This document shows, piece after piece, positions 9,665 to 21,504 of a stretch of 64,000 nt of DNA (its first letter is position 1; each line of letters opens with the position of its first letter). The notes beneath the pieces are model-generated. The model did no database searches. It saw nothing but the letters and a program-made list of their open reading frames with translations, and was not told the origin of the DNA. Both the position numbers and the translations under genes were made by a program. Source of the stretch: Candidatus Omnitrophota bacterium. GTDB lineage: Bacteria > Omnitrophota > Gorgyraeia > 1-14-0-20-64-10. The stretch lies in the NCBI GenBank assembly GCA_016177405.1, contig JACOVG010000003.1, forward strand, positions 32,050 through 96,049, in the 5' to 3' direction.

Positions 9665-11255
9665 GAATCCTTTCAAGCGGGAGAACCGGCTGGCCCACGG
9701 CGCGTGGTTTGCCTTGACCTGGGCGGCCCTGGCCCTCTTCCTGGGCGGTTCAGGGGAGAGGCCCTCCGCTGTCTGGCCCGAGGGGCAGGTGGCGCCTTAT
9801 ACCGTTTACTCCCCCCGGGCGTTCACTTCCTTTGAGGCGCTCCAGGAACGGAAGATTGAGCGGGGAGAGCTTCTGGTCACCAAGGGAGAGCGCTTGACGG
9901 CCGTCCAGGCGCAGCGCCTGGCGGCCTTGGCCCAGACCGGAACCTCCAAGAGGTCGTGGCCGGCGTGGCTGGGAGCGCTTCTATTTTCAAGCCTCGTGGC
10001 GGGGATCGGATGGATTTACATCGTACGCTTCGAGGCGGATCGCTTGAGGGAGCCTCTGGCCGGAGGCTTGGTCTGTTTGAGCGTGGTTTTGGTGCTGGGG
10101 CTGGCCCGGCTCATCCAGGAATCGCAGCTGGTCGCGGAATGGATTCCAACGGCCGCGGGCGCCTTCCTGATCTCGATGCTTCTTTCCCAGCGCTTGGCCA
10201 TCGCGGTGGGTCTTCTGACGGTGTGCGCGGTGGGGCTGGCGGTGGAGGCGTCCGTGCCGTGGCTGATTGCCTCCGCCCTGGGAGCCTTCGTCGGTTCCTT
10301 CGCGGGGCGCGGGATCCACCACAGGATCCATTTCTTCCGGGCCGGGGCGGTCGTGGGCCTGGCCCACGCGGGGGTCCTTCTGGCGTCCCACCTGGTGAAG
10401 GGGGACCCCCTGGCGGCCGCTTGGCCCCACGCGCTGGCCGGGATGGGCAGCGGCCTGGTTTCGGCCCTCATTGTCTTTTGCGTCCTGCCGCTGGCCGAGT
10501 CGGCCTTCGGGCTGATCACCGACGTGTCGCTGCTGGAGCTCTCGGATCTGAACCACCCTCTTTTGAAGGAGCTTTCGGTGAAGGCTCCCGGCACCTACCA
10601 CCACAGCCTGCTCGTGGCTTCACTGGCCGAGGCGGCCTCCGAGGCGGTGGGGGCCAACGCCCTTTTGGCCAGGGTCGGCTGCTACTTTCACGACGTGGGC
10701 AAGATGCTGCATCCGGAGTACTTTGTGGAGAACCAGCCCCCCGAGAGCTCCCGGCACGACGAGCTCACCCCCTCGGTGTCGACCCTGGTCATTCAAAACC
10801 ACGTGAAGGACGGCATCGAGCTGGCTCGCCGGCACCGGTTGAATCCGAGGATCATCGACTTCATTCCCGGCCACCACGGCACCGGGATCATCTATTTCTT
10901 TTACCGCCGGGCCCTGGAGGAGGTGGAGGATGAGAGCCTGCTCAAGGAGGAGCGCTTCCGCTACCCCGGGCCCAAGCCCCAGGGCCGCGAGGCGGCGGTC
11001 GCCCTCCTGGCCGATTCGGTGGAGGCGGCCACCCGGGCCTTGAAGGAGAGGACGCCGGAACGGATGGCCGAGGTGGTCCGGCGGATCGTGAACAACAAAT
11101 TCATCGACGGGCAGTTGGACGAGTGCGAGCTGACCCTGAAGGATCTCCACCGGATCACCGAAACCTTCCTCCGGGTCTTGGGCGGCATCTACCACAGCCG
11201 GGTGGAATATCCGTTGATGCCCGGCGATGAGCCGGAAACCGAGGTAGCCAGCTAG
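9645..11255 (+). CDS. pgpH: 7TM receptor with intracellular HD hydrolase domain (PgpH/YqfF-like)
   Basis: Multi-pass membrane N-terminal half; C-terminal HD motifs HHSLLVASLAEAA...YFHDVGK...GHHGTGIIYFFY; conserved phoH-HD-ybeY-dgkA neighbourhood. Confidence 0.8.
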   Translation: MPTENLKNPFKRENRLAHGAWFALTWAALALFLGGSGERPSAVWPEGQVAPYTVYSPRAFTSFEALQERKIERGELLVTKGERLTAVQAQRLAALAQTGTSKRSWPAWLGALLFSSLVAGIGWIYIVRFEADRLREPLAGGLVCLSVVLVLGLARLIQESQLVAEWIPTAAGAFLISMLLSQRLAIAVGLLTVCAVGLAVEASVPWLIASALGAFVGSFAGRGIHHRIHFFRAGAVVGLAHAGVLLASHLVKGDPLAAAWPHALAGMGSGLVSALIVFCVLPLAESAFGLITDVSLLELSDLNHPLLKELSVKAPGTYHHSLLVASLAEAASEAVGANALLARVGCYFHDVGKMLHPEYFVENQPPESSRHDELTPSVSTLVIQNHVKDGIELARRHRLNPRIIDFIPGHHGTGIIYFFYRRALEEVEDESLLKEERFRYPGPKPQGREAAVALLADSVEAATRALKERTPERMAEVVRRIVNNKFIDGQLDECELTLKDLHRITETFLRVLGGIYHSRVEYPLMPGDEPETEVAS

Positions 11256-11668
11256 TGCCGGTGGACGTGAGGCAATCACCCCGGCAGAGCCGGGTGAAGG
11301 TTCCGGAGATCCGGAGGGTGGCCGGGAGAATCTTGAAGGAGGCGGGCTGCGACTCCCAATATTTGTCGGTTTTGCTGACCGACGATGCCCGAATGGCGAA
11401 GATTCACCAAAGGTGGCTGGGAACCCTGGAGCCGACCGACGTGCTAAGCTTTTCCCAGCGGGGCCCTGCTTCTCCGGCTAAGATCTTGGGAGACGTCGCC
11501 ATCTCGGTTCAAACCGCCTTCCGGCTTCGAGGGCCCCGAGTTCGGGAGGAGGTCATCCGGTATCTGGTTCACGGGATTCTGCACCTGCTGGGTTACCGCC
11601 ACGACAAGCCCAAGGATAGGCGCCGGATGGAGCGCTTCGCCCGCCGCTTGGAAGCCTGCGCGGCATGA
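11255..11668 (+). CDS. ybeY: Endoribonuclease YbeY (rRNA maturation)
   Basis: Conserved H3xH5xH metal site HGILHLLGYRHD; size 137 aa; position after the phoH/HD gene. Confidence 0.9.
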   Translation: MPVDVRQSPRQSRVKVPEIRRVAGRILKEAGCDSQYLSVLLTDDARMAKIHQRWLGTLEPTDVLSFSQRGPASPAKILGDVAISVQTAFRLRGPRVREEVIRYLVHGILHLLGYRHDKPKDRRRMERFARRLEACAA

Positions 11669-12057
11669 CCCCGCCCCCTTATCCCAGGGGACCTTGGCAG
11701 ATTTTTTGGGCCAGCTGCCGCTATGCCCTCAAGGGCTTGCGCTTCGCCTTTATTTCCCAGCGAAGTTTCCGGATTCATCTGGCTGCGGCCTTCGGCGTTC
11801 TGGCGGGGGCCTTCCTTCTGCGGCTCGACGCCAAGGAGACGGCGCTCATCCTGGCGATGGTCACGCTGGTTCTGATGGCCGAACTGATCAACACGGCCCT
11901 GGAGGTCGTTCTCAATTTGATGGAGGCGAGAGAGCATCCGGTGGTCCGGGCGGCCAAGGATGTGGCGGCCGCTTCCGTTCTGATGGCCGTGGCCGGCGCG
12001 GCGGCGGTGGGCGTGCTGATCCTGGGCCCCAAGCTGCTGGAAAGGCTCGGGAGATAG
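11665..12057 (+). CDS. dgkA: Diacylglycerol kinase / undecaprenol kinase family membrane protein
   Basis: 130 aa, three TM helices, ALKGLRFAF...ELINTALE motifs of the DgkA family; ATGA overlap with ybeY. Confidence 0.8.
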   Translation: MTPPPYPRGPWQIFWASCRYALKGLRFAFISQRSFRIHLAAAFGVLAGAFLLRLDAKETALILAMVTLVLMAELINTALEVVLNLMEAREHPVVRAAKDVAAASVLMAVAGAAAVGVLILGPKLLERLGR

Positions 12058-12058
12058 C

Positions 12059-12706
12059 ATGATCAAGCGGCTCACGCGCAACTTCATGACCGGCTTGTTC
12101 GTCATCCTTCCGGCGGTCCTGACCTTCGGGGTTTTGAAGCTTCTCCTCGGAGGAATCGCCTCCTGGTTTGTCAATCCGCTGGTGCGGCTCATTTCTCCCT
12201 GGATCGCCCCGGGCTGGCTGACGGTCCTGGCCCGGCTGGGGATCGCGCTGGGTTTGATCGCCCTGGTTTCGTTGATCGGTTTCGGGACCCGGATTCTGCT
12301 GGTCAGCCGCCTCTTCCTCATGGGGGAGAGGCTGGTCCGCCGGGTGCCGATGGTGGGCAAGGTTTATGGGATGATCCGGGAGATTGCCGACGCCTTCAAG
12401 GGGCAAGCCCAGGGGGCCTTCACCCGGGTGGTGCTTTTGGAGTGGCCTCGCAAGGGTCTTTACGCCGTCGGTTTTGTCACCTCGGAAGGCAGGGGAGAGG
12501 TTCAGGAAAAAACCCCGGAGCATGTGGTGAACGTCTTTGTTCCAACGACCCCGAACCCCACCTCCGGGTATCTCATCCTGGCCGACCGGGAGACCCTGAT
12601 TCCTCTTTCCATGTCGGTGGAGGAGGGCTTGAAGCTGGTCATCTCCGGCGGCGTCGTGGGCCCCGCGGTCAGCCCGCCCAGGGCTGGGGCCAGTGGTGCC
12701 GCATGA
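12059..12706 (+). CDS. DUF502 family membrane protein
   Basis: N-terminal TM helices; conserved GKVYGMIREI...VVLLEWPRKGLYAVGFVT...NVFVPTTPNPTSGYLIL core typical of DUF502. Confidence 0.7.
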   Translation: MIKRLTRNFMTGLFVILPAVLTFGVLKLLLGGIASWFVNPLVRLISPWIAPGWLTVLARLGIALGLIALVSLIGFGTRILLVSRLFLMGERLVRRVPMVGKVYGMIREIADAFKGQAQGAFTRVVLLEWPRKGLYAVGFVTSEGRGEVQEKTPEHVVNVFVPTTPNPTSGYLILADRETLIPLSMSVEEGLKLVISGGVVGPAVSPPRAGASGAA

Positions 12707-13362
12707 CAAAAACCCTGGGGATCATCCTCCGCTGTCAGGAGGTGCGCGAGACGAGCGTTCTGCTGACCGCTTACACGCAGGATCTGGGCAAGATCCGGGG
12801 GCTCATGAAAGGGGTGCGGGGAGGCCGGGCGGCCGTTCCTTGGTACCTGGAGCCCTTGAGCCTCCAGTCGATGGTCATCTACGAGAGGCGGCGTTCTCCG
12901 GTGAGCCTGATTGGAAGTCTGGATCTTCTGGACGCCTTTGAGCCGGTTCGGAGGGATCTCACCCGGATCGCCCACGCCTGCTCTTTCCTGGAACGGGTGG
13001 AGGCGATGACCGAGGTGTTGGATCCCCATCCGGAGATCTTTCATTTGCTTCGCGCGGTCTTGAGGGCGATGGGCGCGGGGGCGGATCCCCGTTCCATGGC
13101 CCGGTTCCTGGAGGTTCATCTTTTGAGGGTGAGCGGTCTTCTTCCGGAGGCCGAACGCCTGCCGCTTTCTCCCGGAGGGCTTCTGACGCTCAAGCAGATT
13201 ACCTCCACCGCCCTGGAGAAGATCGCCTCCCTGCGAATGTCGGGCGCCATCGCCGGGGAATTGGCGGCGGTCCTTCGGCCCTCGTTGGAGGCGGCCGCCC
13301 AGGGGCCGCTTAAAAGCCAGAGCTTCCTCAAGGATCTTAACCTGGAGGCCCTGGCGGCATGA
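12703..13362 (+). CDS. recO: DNA repair protein RecO
   Basis: [40 protein letters not shown] is a RecO N-terminal OB fold. The track ORF 12442 is an upstream in-frame extension through DUF502; ATG 12703 overlaps the DUF502 stop. Confidence 0.75.
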   Translation: MTKTLGIILRCQEVRETSVLLTAYTQDLGKIRGLMKGVRGGRAAVPWYLEPLSLQSMVIYERRRSPVSLIGSLDLLDAFEPVRRDLTRIAHACSFLERVEAMTEVLDPHPEIFHLLRAVLRAMGAGADPRSMARFLEVHLLRVSGLLPEAERLPLSPGGLLTLKQITSTALEKIASLRMSGAIAGELAAVLRPSLEAAAQGPLKSQSFLKDLNLEALAA

Positions 13363-14216
13363 CCCCCCCACCCGCCCTCACCTTTCAGGAATTGATCCTG
13401 CGCCTGGAAAGATTCTGGGCCGACCAGGGCTGTCTGATCGGCCAACCCTACGACATGGAGATGGGGGCCGGGACCTTCCATCCGCTGACCTTCTTCAAGG
13501 CCCTGGGAACCTCACCCTGGAAGACCGCCTTTGTGCAGCCCTGCCGGCGTCCCACGGACGGCCGCTACGCGGCCAACCCCTTGAGGGCGTCGCGCTATTA
13601 CCAGTATCAGGTGATCCTCAAACCCTCTCCGGAGGACGTCCAATCCCTCTACCTCAAAAGCCTGAAGGGGCTGGGGGTCGACCTGGCCGCTCACGATCTG
13701 CGCTTTGTGCAGGACGACTGGGAATCTCCCACCCTGGGGGCTTGGGGTTTGGGCTGGGAGGTGTGGCTCGACGGCCTGGAGGTGACCCAGTTCACCTACT
13801 TTCAGCAGGTGGGCGGCGTCGACCTTCCGGTCGTCTCGGCGGAGATCACCTACGGCCTGGAGCGGATCGCCATGTTCCTGCAGGGCAAGCTCGATCTCTA
13901 CGCCATCGCCTGGAACGGTGATCTCACCTACGGCGATCTCCACCGGCAGGATGAAGTGGAGCTGTGCCGCTACAACTTTGAGGCCTCCGATCCGGTTGTG
14001 TTGAGGCGCGATTTTGAAGAGTCGTTCGGCCAGGCGAAGAAACTTTTGGAGCAGGAGCTCCTTTTGCCCGCGTACGAAAAGCTTCTGATGGCTTCGCACG
14101 CCTTCAACGGGCTGGACGCCCGAGGGGCGGTGAGCGTCAACGAGCGGCCCACCCTGATTGCCGGGATTCGGAATCTGGCCAAGCGCTGCGCGCAAGCGTA
14201 CTTAAAAAGAGAATGA
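13359..14216 (+). CDS. glyQ: Glycyl-tRNA synthetase alpha subunit
   Basis: [36 protein letters not shown] is highly conserved GlyQ. Confidence 0.95.
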   Translation: MTPPPALTFQELILRLERFWADQGCLIGQPYDMEMGAGTFHPLTFFKALGTSPWKTAFVQPCRRPTDGRYAANPLRASRYYQYQVILKPSPEDVQSLYLKSLKGLGVDLAAHDLRFVQDDWESPTLGAWGLGWEVWLDGLEVTQFTYFQQVGGVDLPVVSAEITYGLERIAMFLQGKLDLYAIAWNGDLTYGDLHRQDEVELCRYNFEASDPVVLRRDFEESFGQAKKLLEQELLLPAYEKLLMASHAFNGLDARGAVSVNERPTLIAGIRNLAKRCAQAYLKRE

Positions 14217-14219
14217 GTT

Positions 14220-16419
14220 ATGAGTCGTAACTTTCTTCTTGAGGTGGGCTGCGAAGAGCTTCCCTCCGAGGACCTGCCCGGGGTGCTGGACTGGGAAAGG
14301 GAAGGGCCTCGGGCGGCTGGAGGACTGGCCTCTTCCGCCGTTTCCGTCCTGTCGGACAAGAATGCCGTCTGGAAGTCGGTCCAGAGCTTCGCGACCCCCC
14401 GGCGGTTGGTCCTTCTGATCCGCGGGCTGGAGGAGAAGGTCTGCAGGGAGGAGAAGGGTCCTCCTGTTTCCGTCGCCTACGACGCGCAGGGCCGTCCCAC
14501 CCGGGCGGCCGAGGCCTTCGCGAGGCGGCACGGCCTTCCGGTTTCCAGGCTGACCCGGAAACAAACCCCCAAGGCAGAGGTGGTGGTCGCGCGGTACAGC
14601 CTTGCCGTGACAGAAGTCCTGGCGCAGGCGGTACCCCAGATGATCGAGGGGATGGTTTTTCCCAAAACGATGCGATGGGACGACTCCGGCGCGCGGTTCG
14701 CCAGGCCGGTTCGCTGGCTGCTTTGCCTTTTCGGCAAGAAGGTCATTGCCTGCTCTTTTGGCCGGGTCAAGGCAGGGAACAAGACGTGTCTCACGCGCCG
14801 CGCCGAGGATAAGCCGGTGCCGGTGACCTCGGTGGATCGTTATTTCGGCCTTATGAAGAAGGAGCGGATTCAACTGGAGCAGGGAATCCGGATTACGCCT
14901 GGAAAGGAACCCTTCACGCACCTGTTTAAGGAGCAGGTTCCTCTGAAGAAAGAGAGGCTGCAGAAAGCCCTCGAGGCGAAGGCGAAAGCCCTTTCCGGGC
15001 GGCTTTACCCCGCGGCCTCCGCGGAGTTTGAGTGGCTGCTTTCGACGGCGACCTTCCTGGCCGAGGATCCGGTGGTTCGGGAGGGTTCGTTCGAGGCGAA
15101 ATACCTGGCCCTGCCGCCGGAGGTTCTGGCCGCCTCCATGGCCAAGCATCTGAAGTTGTTCAGCGTTTATGCCGCCGATGGGAAGAGACTGCTCCCGAAA
15201 TTTCTGGCTGTCCTGGAGGGCCGGCCCGGCAAGCCCGCCACGGTCACGGCCAACCTCGAACGGATCATCGAAGCCCGTTTCAGCGACGCCAGCTTTTTCT
15301 ATGAGGAGGACACCCGCCAGCCCCTGGAGGCCAAGGTGGAGCAGCTTCGGGGGGTCGTTTTCCACGAGAAGCTGGGAACCGTCTACGAGCGCATTCCCAG
15401 AATCGAGAAACTGCTTGCGGTCATCTTGGAGGGTTCCTCCCTCTCACGCGGCCTGGGTGTGCCGCTCCTGGCCCGGATGGCCCGTTTGTGCAAGGCCGAT
15501 CTGGTTACCCAGATGGTCCGGGAGTTTCCTTCGCTTCAGGGGGTGGTGGGCGGATACTACGCTAAGCAGTCCGGAGAATCCGAGTGGGTATCTCGCGCCA
15601 TCGGCGAACATTACCGTCCGAAAAGCTTCTCGGATCCCCTGCCGGGGACTCCGCTGGGATCCTGGTTGAGCCTGGCCGACCGGCTGGACGCGCTGACGGG
15701 CTATTTCGGCGTGGGATTAAAACCGACCGGTTCGGCCGATCCCTACGCCCTGCGCCGGGCCGCGCTGGGGGCCGTGAGAATCCTGACCGATGAACGGGAG
15801 GCCTTCTCGCTCACGGGGCTGTCGGTTGACAGCCTCATCCGGGCGGGGATAGAATCGTGGGGCTCGCGGTTGACCCTGCCTGCCCAGGTGGTCCAGGAGG
15901 AGCTTCAGGCCTTTCTTAAGGAACGCTGGCTTTGGCTCGCGGGCCAGGCTCACCCCGGGGCAGGCGGGCAGTGGCTTGACGCCGTTTGGTCGCCGAACCC
16001 CGGAGATCTCATCGGCGCCTGGCGCCGGTTGGAGATGCTCCTCGGATTCCTCAAGAATCCCAAATCCAGGGAGACGGTCCTTCGGGCGGCCAAGGTGGCG
16101 GAGCGCTCCGGCCGGATGGTGCGAGCCGCTTCCGGGGAGGAGGTCCGGGGGTCGGTGGATGCCTCCCTTTTTCAGGAGCCGGTGGAGAAGGAGCTTTGGC
16201 GGCAGTGGCAGGAGCTTTCGCCGGTGTTGTCCGGCCAGCTGGCGCGTTCGGAATATCTGGCGGCGCTGGCGAGCTACGGCCGGCTGCGGGAACCGCTCCA
16301 CGCTTACTTTGAGAAGGTCTTCGTGATGGGTTCCGACCAGGCCCAGAGAATCAATCGCTTGCTTTTTTTAAAGGAGATTCATACCGCCATGGCCGGTCAT
16401 TTCGCCGATCTTTCCGAGG

Positions 16420-16436
<17 letters not shown>
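14220..16436 (+). CDS. glyS: Glycyl-tRNA synthetase beta subunit
   Basis: 738 aa directly after glyQ; [18 protein letters not shown]-terminus typical of GlyS. Confidence 0.9.
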
Positions 16437-19144
<2,708 letters not shown>

Positions 19145-19152
<8 letters not shown>

Positions 19153-19969
19153 TCCGCTCAAGCTTTACCTGAAGGACATCAAGGACATCCCGCTGTTGAC
19201 CGCGGCGGAGGAGATCACGCTTGCCCGGAGGATCAAGAGGGGAGATGCCCAGGCCCGCCGGAGGATGATCCAATCCAACCTGCGGCTCGTCATCTCCATC
19301 GCCAAGCGGTACTCTTACCTGGGGGTTCCGATCTCGGATTTGATCGAGGAGGGCAACCTCGGGCTGATGCGGGCGGTGGCCAAGTTCAACCCGGGACGGG
19401 GCTTTCGCTTCTCCACCTACGCGGCCTGGTGGATCAAGCAGTATGTCCTGCGGTCGATCGCCAACCAAGGCAAGACGGTGAGGATCCCGGTTTACATGGT
19501 GGACATCATCTCCCGCTACCGGAAGACGACGGAGCGGTTAAGCCAAAAGCTGGGCCGCCGGCCCCACGCGAACGAGATCGCCCATTCGATGAAGCTTCCG
19601 GTGGCGAAGATCCGGGAGATCGAGGGGATGCTGCTGACCCCGGCCTCGCTGGACGCCCCCCTGGGCGAGGAGGGGACCGCTCCCTTCCTGGAGGTCCTGG
19701 AAGAGCTCCAGCCCGTGAGCAAGGATGAGCTGGCCAATTTGCTGGCCCACGAGCAGGTGGAGGATCTCCTGGAGAGGCTGACCGAGCGGGAGAGGGAGAT
19801 TTTGTCGCTTCGCTACGGGCTCAAGGATGGGATCGCCTACACCCTCCTGGAGACGGCCAAGCGCGTGGGTCTGACCCGGGAGCGGGTTCGTCAGATCCAG
19901 GGCTCGGCCGAGCGCAAGCTCCACAACTTCCTGGCCAGCCAGGAGAGGGCCTCCTCCGATGGATCTTAA
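19145..19969 (+). CDS. RNA polymerase sigma factor, sigma-70 family (alternative, RpoD-like regions 1.2 to 4; 274 aa)
   Basis: Region 2 [35 protein letters not shown]; region 4 [20 protein letters not shown]. It is too short for a primary sigma; the primary rpoD is at 28081. Confidence 0.85.
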
Positions 19970-20480
19970 GACCTTCATCCGGGACGTTCCCGGCTACCCC
20001 AAACCCGGGATTGTTTTCAAGGACATCACCCCTTTGTGGAAAGATCCACGGGCCTTCCGCTTTATGGTGGATGGCCTGGTGGATCACTTTAAGGGAAAAG
20101 GGATTCAGGTGGTGGCCTCCATCGAGTCGCGCGGCTTCATCGTGGGCTCCGCGGTGGCCTTCGCCCTGGGGGCCGGTTTTGTCCCCATTCGGAAGGCCGG
20201 CAAGCTGCCCTGGAACACGGTGAAGGCCTCCTATTCCCTGGAGTACGGCGAGGCGACGTCCGAGGTCCACACCGATGCCTTCCAGCCGGGGGCGCGGGTC
20301 CTTCTGCTGGACGATCTCCTGGCCACCGGCGGCACGGCCGAGGCGGCGATGAAACTCCTGGCGGAGCTTAAGGCCGAGGTGGCGGGAATGGGCTTCATCG
20401 TGGAGCTCGGCTTCCTGAAGGGAAGGGAGAAACTTGCCCCCCTGGGGGCGGAGATCTTCTCCCTGATTCGCTACGAGTAG
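19959..20480 (+). CDS. apt: Adenine phosphoribosyltransferase
   Basis: [25 protein letters not shown] and PRPP-binding VLLLDDLLATGGTA. Confidence 0.9.
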   Translation: MDLKTFIRDVPGYPKPGIVFKDITPLWKDPRAFRFMVDGLVDHFKGKGIQVVASIESRGFIVGSAVAFALGAGFVPIRKAGKLPWNTVKASYSLEYGEATSEVHTDAFQPGARVLLLDDLLATGGTAEAAMKLLAELKAEVAGMGFIVELGFLKGREKLAPLGAEIFSLIRYE

Positions 20481-20486
20481 AAAAAA

Positions 20487-20560
20487 CGCGCCTGGGCCGA
20501 TTCGAACGGCCGGCCCCCTCCTTAGGAGTGAGGTGCTCTATCCATCTGAGCTACAGGCGC
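20487..20560 (-). tRNA. tRNA-Arg (anticodon CCT)
   Basis: Reverse complement folds as GCGCCTG-TA-GCTC-AGATGGATA-GAGC-A-CCTCA-CTCCTAA-GGAGG-GGGCC-GGCCG-TTCGAAT-CGGCC-CAGGCGC-G. Acceptor and T stems are perfect, T33 and A37 are present, and there is one A:G mismatch at the base of the anticodon stem. Confidence 0.7.
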
Positions 20561-20600
20561 AGCGTGCAATGAAACCGTTTTTATTATACACTGGTTCGCC

Positions 20601-21296
20601 ATGATTGACCTGCACATGCACACCCTGTTAAGCGACGGGGTGCTGATTCCCTCGGAGCTCGTGCGCCGGGCCCGGGTCAAGGGCTATCGCGCCCTGGCCA
20701 TCACCGACCACGTGGATGCCGGCAACGTCGAAACCCTGGTGCCGCAGCTGGTGGAGCTCTGCGAGCGGCTGAACCTTCATGCCGGGGTGGTGGTGGTGCC
20801 GGGGGTGGAGGTGACCCATGTGCCTTTACCCGATCTGGAGGCGGTTGTTGCCTCCGCGCGGGCGGCCGGGGCCCATCTCATTGTGGTTCACGGGGAAACC
20901 CTCGTGGAGCCGGTGGCGCCCGGCACCAACCGCCGCGCCCTTGAGCTGGACATCGACGTCCTGGCCCATCCGGGCTTGATCACCCGAGAAGAGGCGGCCC
21001 TGGCGGCCAGGCGGGGAATCGCCCTGGAGATTTCCTCCCGCAGGGGCCACAGCCTGTCCAACGGCCACGTGGCCCAGATGGCCGCCTTAACCGGCGCCAA
21101 GCTTATCCTTAATACCGACGCCCACGCGCCCGAAGACCTCCTGACCCTGCCGGAGGCCAAAAGGGTGGCCCAGGGAGCGGGCCTGAAGGGGGGTCAAATC
21201 GATCGGCTTTACGCCGAATCGGCCCGCTTGGTGGAAAGGGTGAGCGGCCGGCGTGTTTCCGGAAAAAATCGGCGTGTTTCCGGAAAAAAAGCTTGA
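20601..21296 (+). CDS. PHP-domain metal-dependent phosphoesterase (histidinol-phosphatase-like)
   Basis: MIDLHMHTLLSDGVLIPSELV...ALAITDHVD PHP motifs. The C-terminal tail RRVSGKNRRVSGKKA is encoded by a tandem DNA repeat. Confidence 0.8.
   Translation: MIDLHMHTLLSDGVLIPSELVRRARVKGYRALAITDHVDAGNVETLVPQLVELCERLNLHAGVVVVPGVEVTHVPLPDLEAVVASARAAGAHLIVVHGETLVEPVAPGTNRRALELDIDVLAHPGLITREEAALAARRGIALEISSRRGHSLSNGHVAQMAALTGAKLILNTDAHAPEDLLTLPEAKRVAQGAGLKGGQIDRLYAESARLVERVSGRRVSGKNRRVSGKKA
21250..21290. repeat. Two tandem copies (21-bp period) of CGGCGTGTTTCCGGAAAAAA, each containing the palindrome TTTCCGGAAA; candidate regulator-binding site upstream of the OMP promoter
   Basis: Directly visible: 21250..21269 and 21271..21290 are identical 20-mers separated by 1 nt, ending 3 nt before a TTGACA hexamer. 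Confidence 0.6.
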
Positions 21297-21321
21297 CAAC
21301 GTTGCCCCAAGCGTATTAACA
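21294..21321 (+). promoter_or_regulatory. Candidate sigma-70 promoter for the outer-membrane protein gene (TTGACA, 15-16 nt spacer, TATTAA/ATTAAC)
   Basis: Perfect -35 TTGACA at 21294..21299 and an AT-rich -10-like hexamer around 21315..21321; followed by a leader of about 180 nt. Confidence 0.4.
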
Positions 21322-21504
21322 TCTTGCAAACTTCACGAGTTGCTCTGTGGGCTTAAGTAGGGGAGCCGAGAGCCTCGCGACGTGGAGAAGGGCAGGGTAA
21401 CGGTTAACAAGGGAAGTCGTTAGCTCCCCCGACAGGAAGTGCAGCGGTTGGTTGACTTACGACAGCAGTTGATTCCATTTAAGGAAAGGGAGGGTTAAAA
21501 CACG

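Noticed and set aside
20487-20560. Alternative anticodon-arm registration for the minus-strand tRNA
   Set aside because: Other registrations break the 5-bp anticodon stem completely. The CCT (Arg) reading keeps T33/A37 and four of five stem pairs.
21245-21290. Considered whether the tandem 20-mers were a CRISPR array or part of one
   Set aside because: Only two copies with a 1-nt spacer and no spacer-repeat alternation; no cas genes. Better explained as a tandem regulator-binding site.
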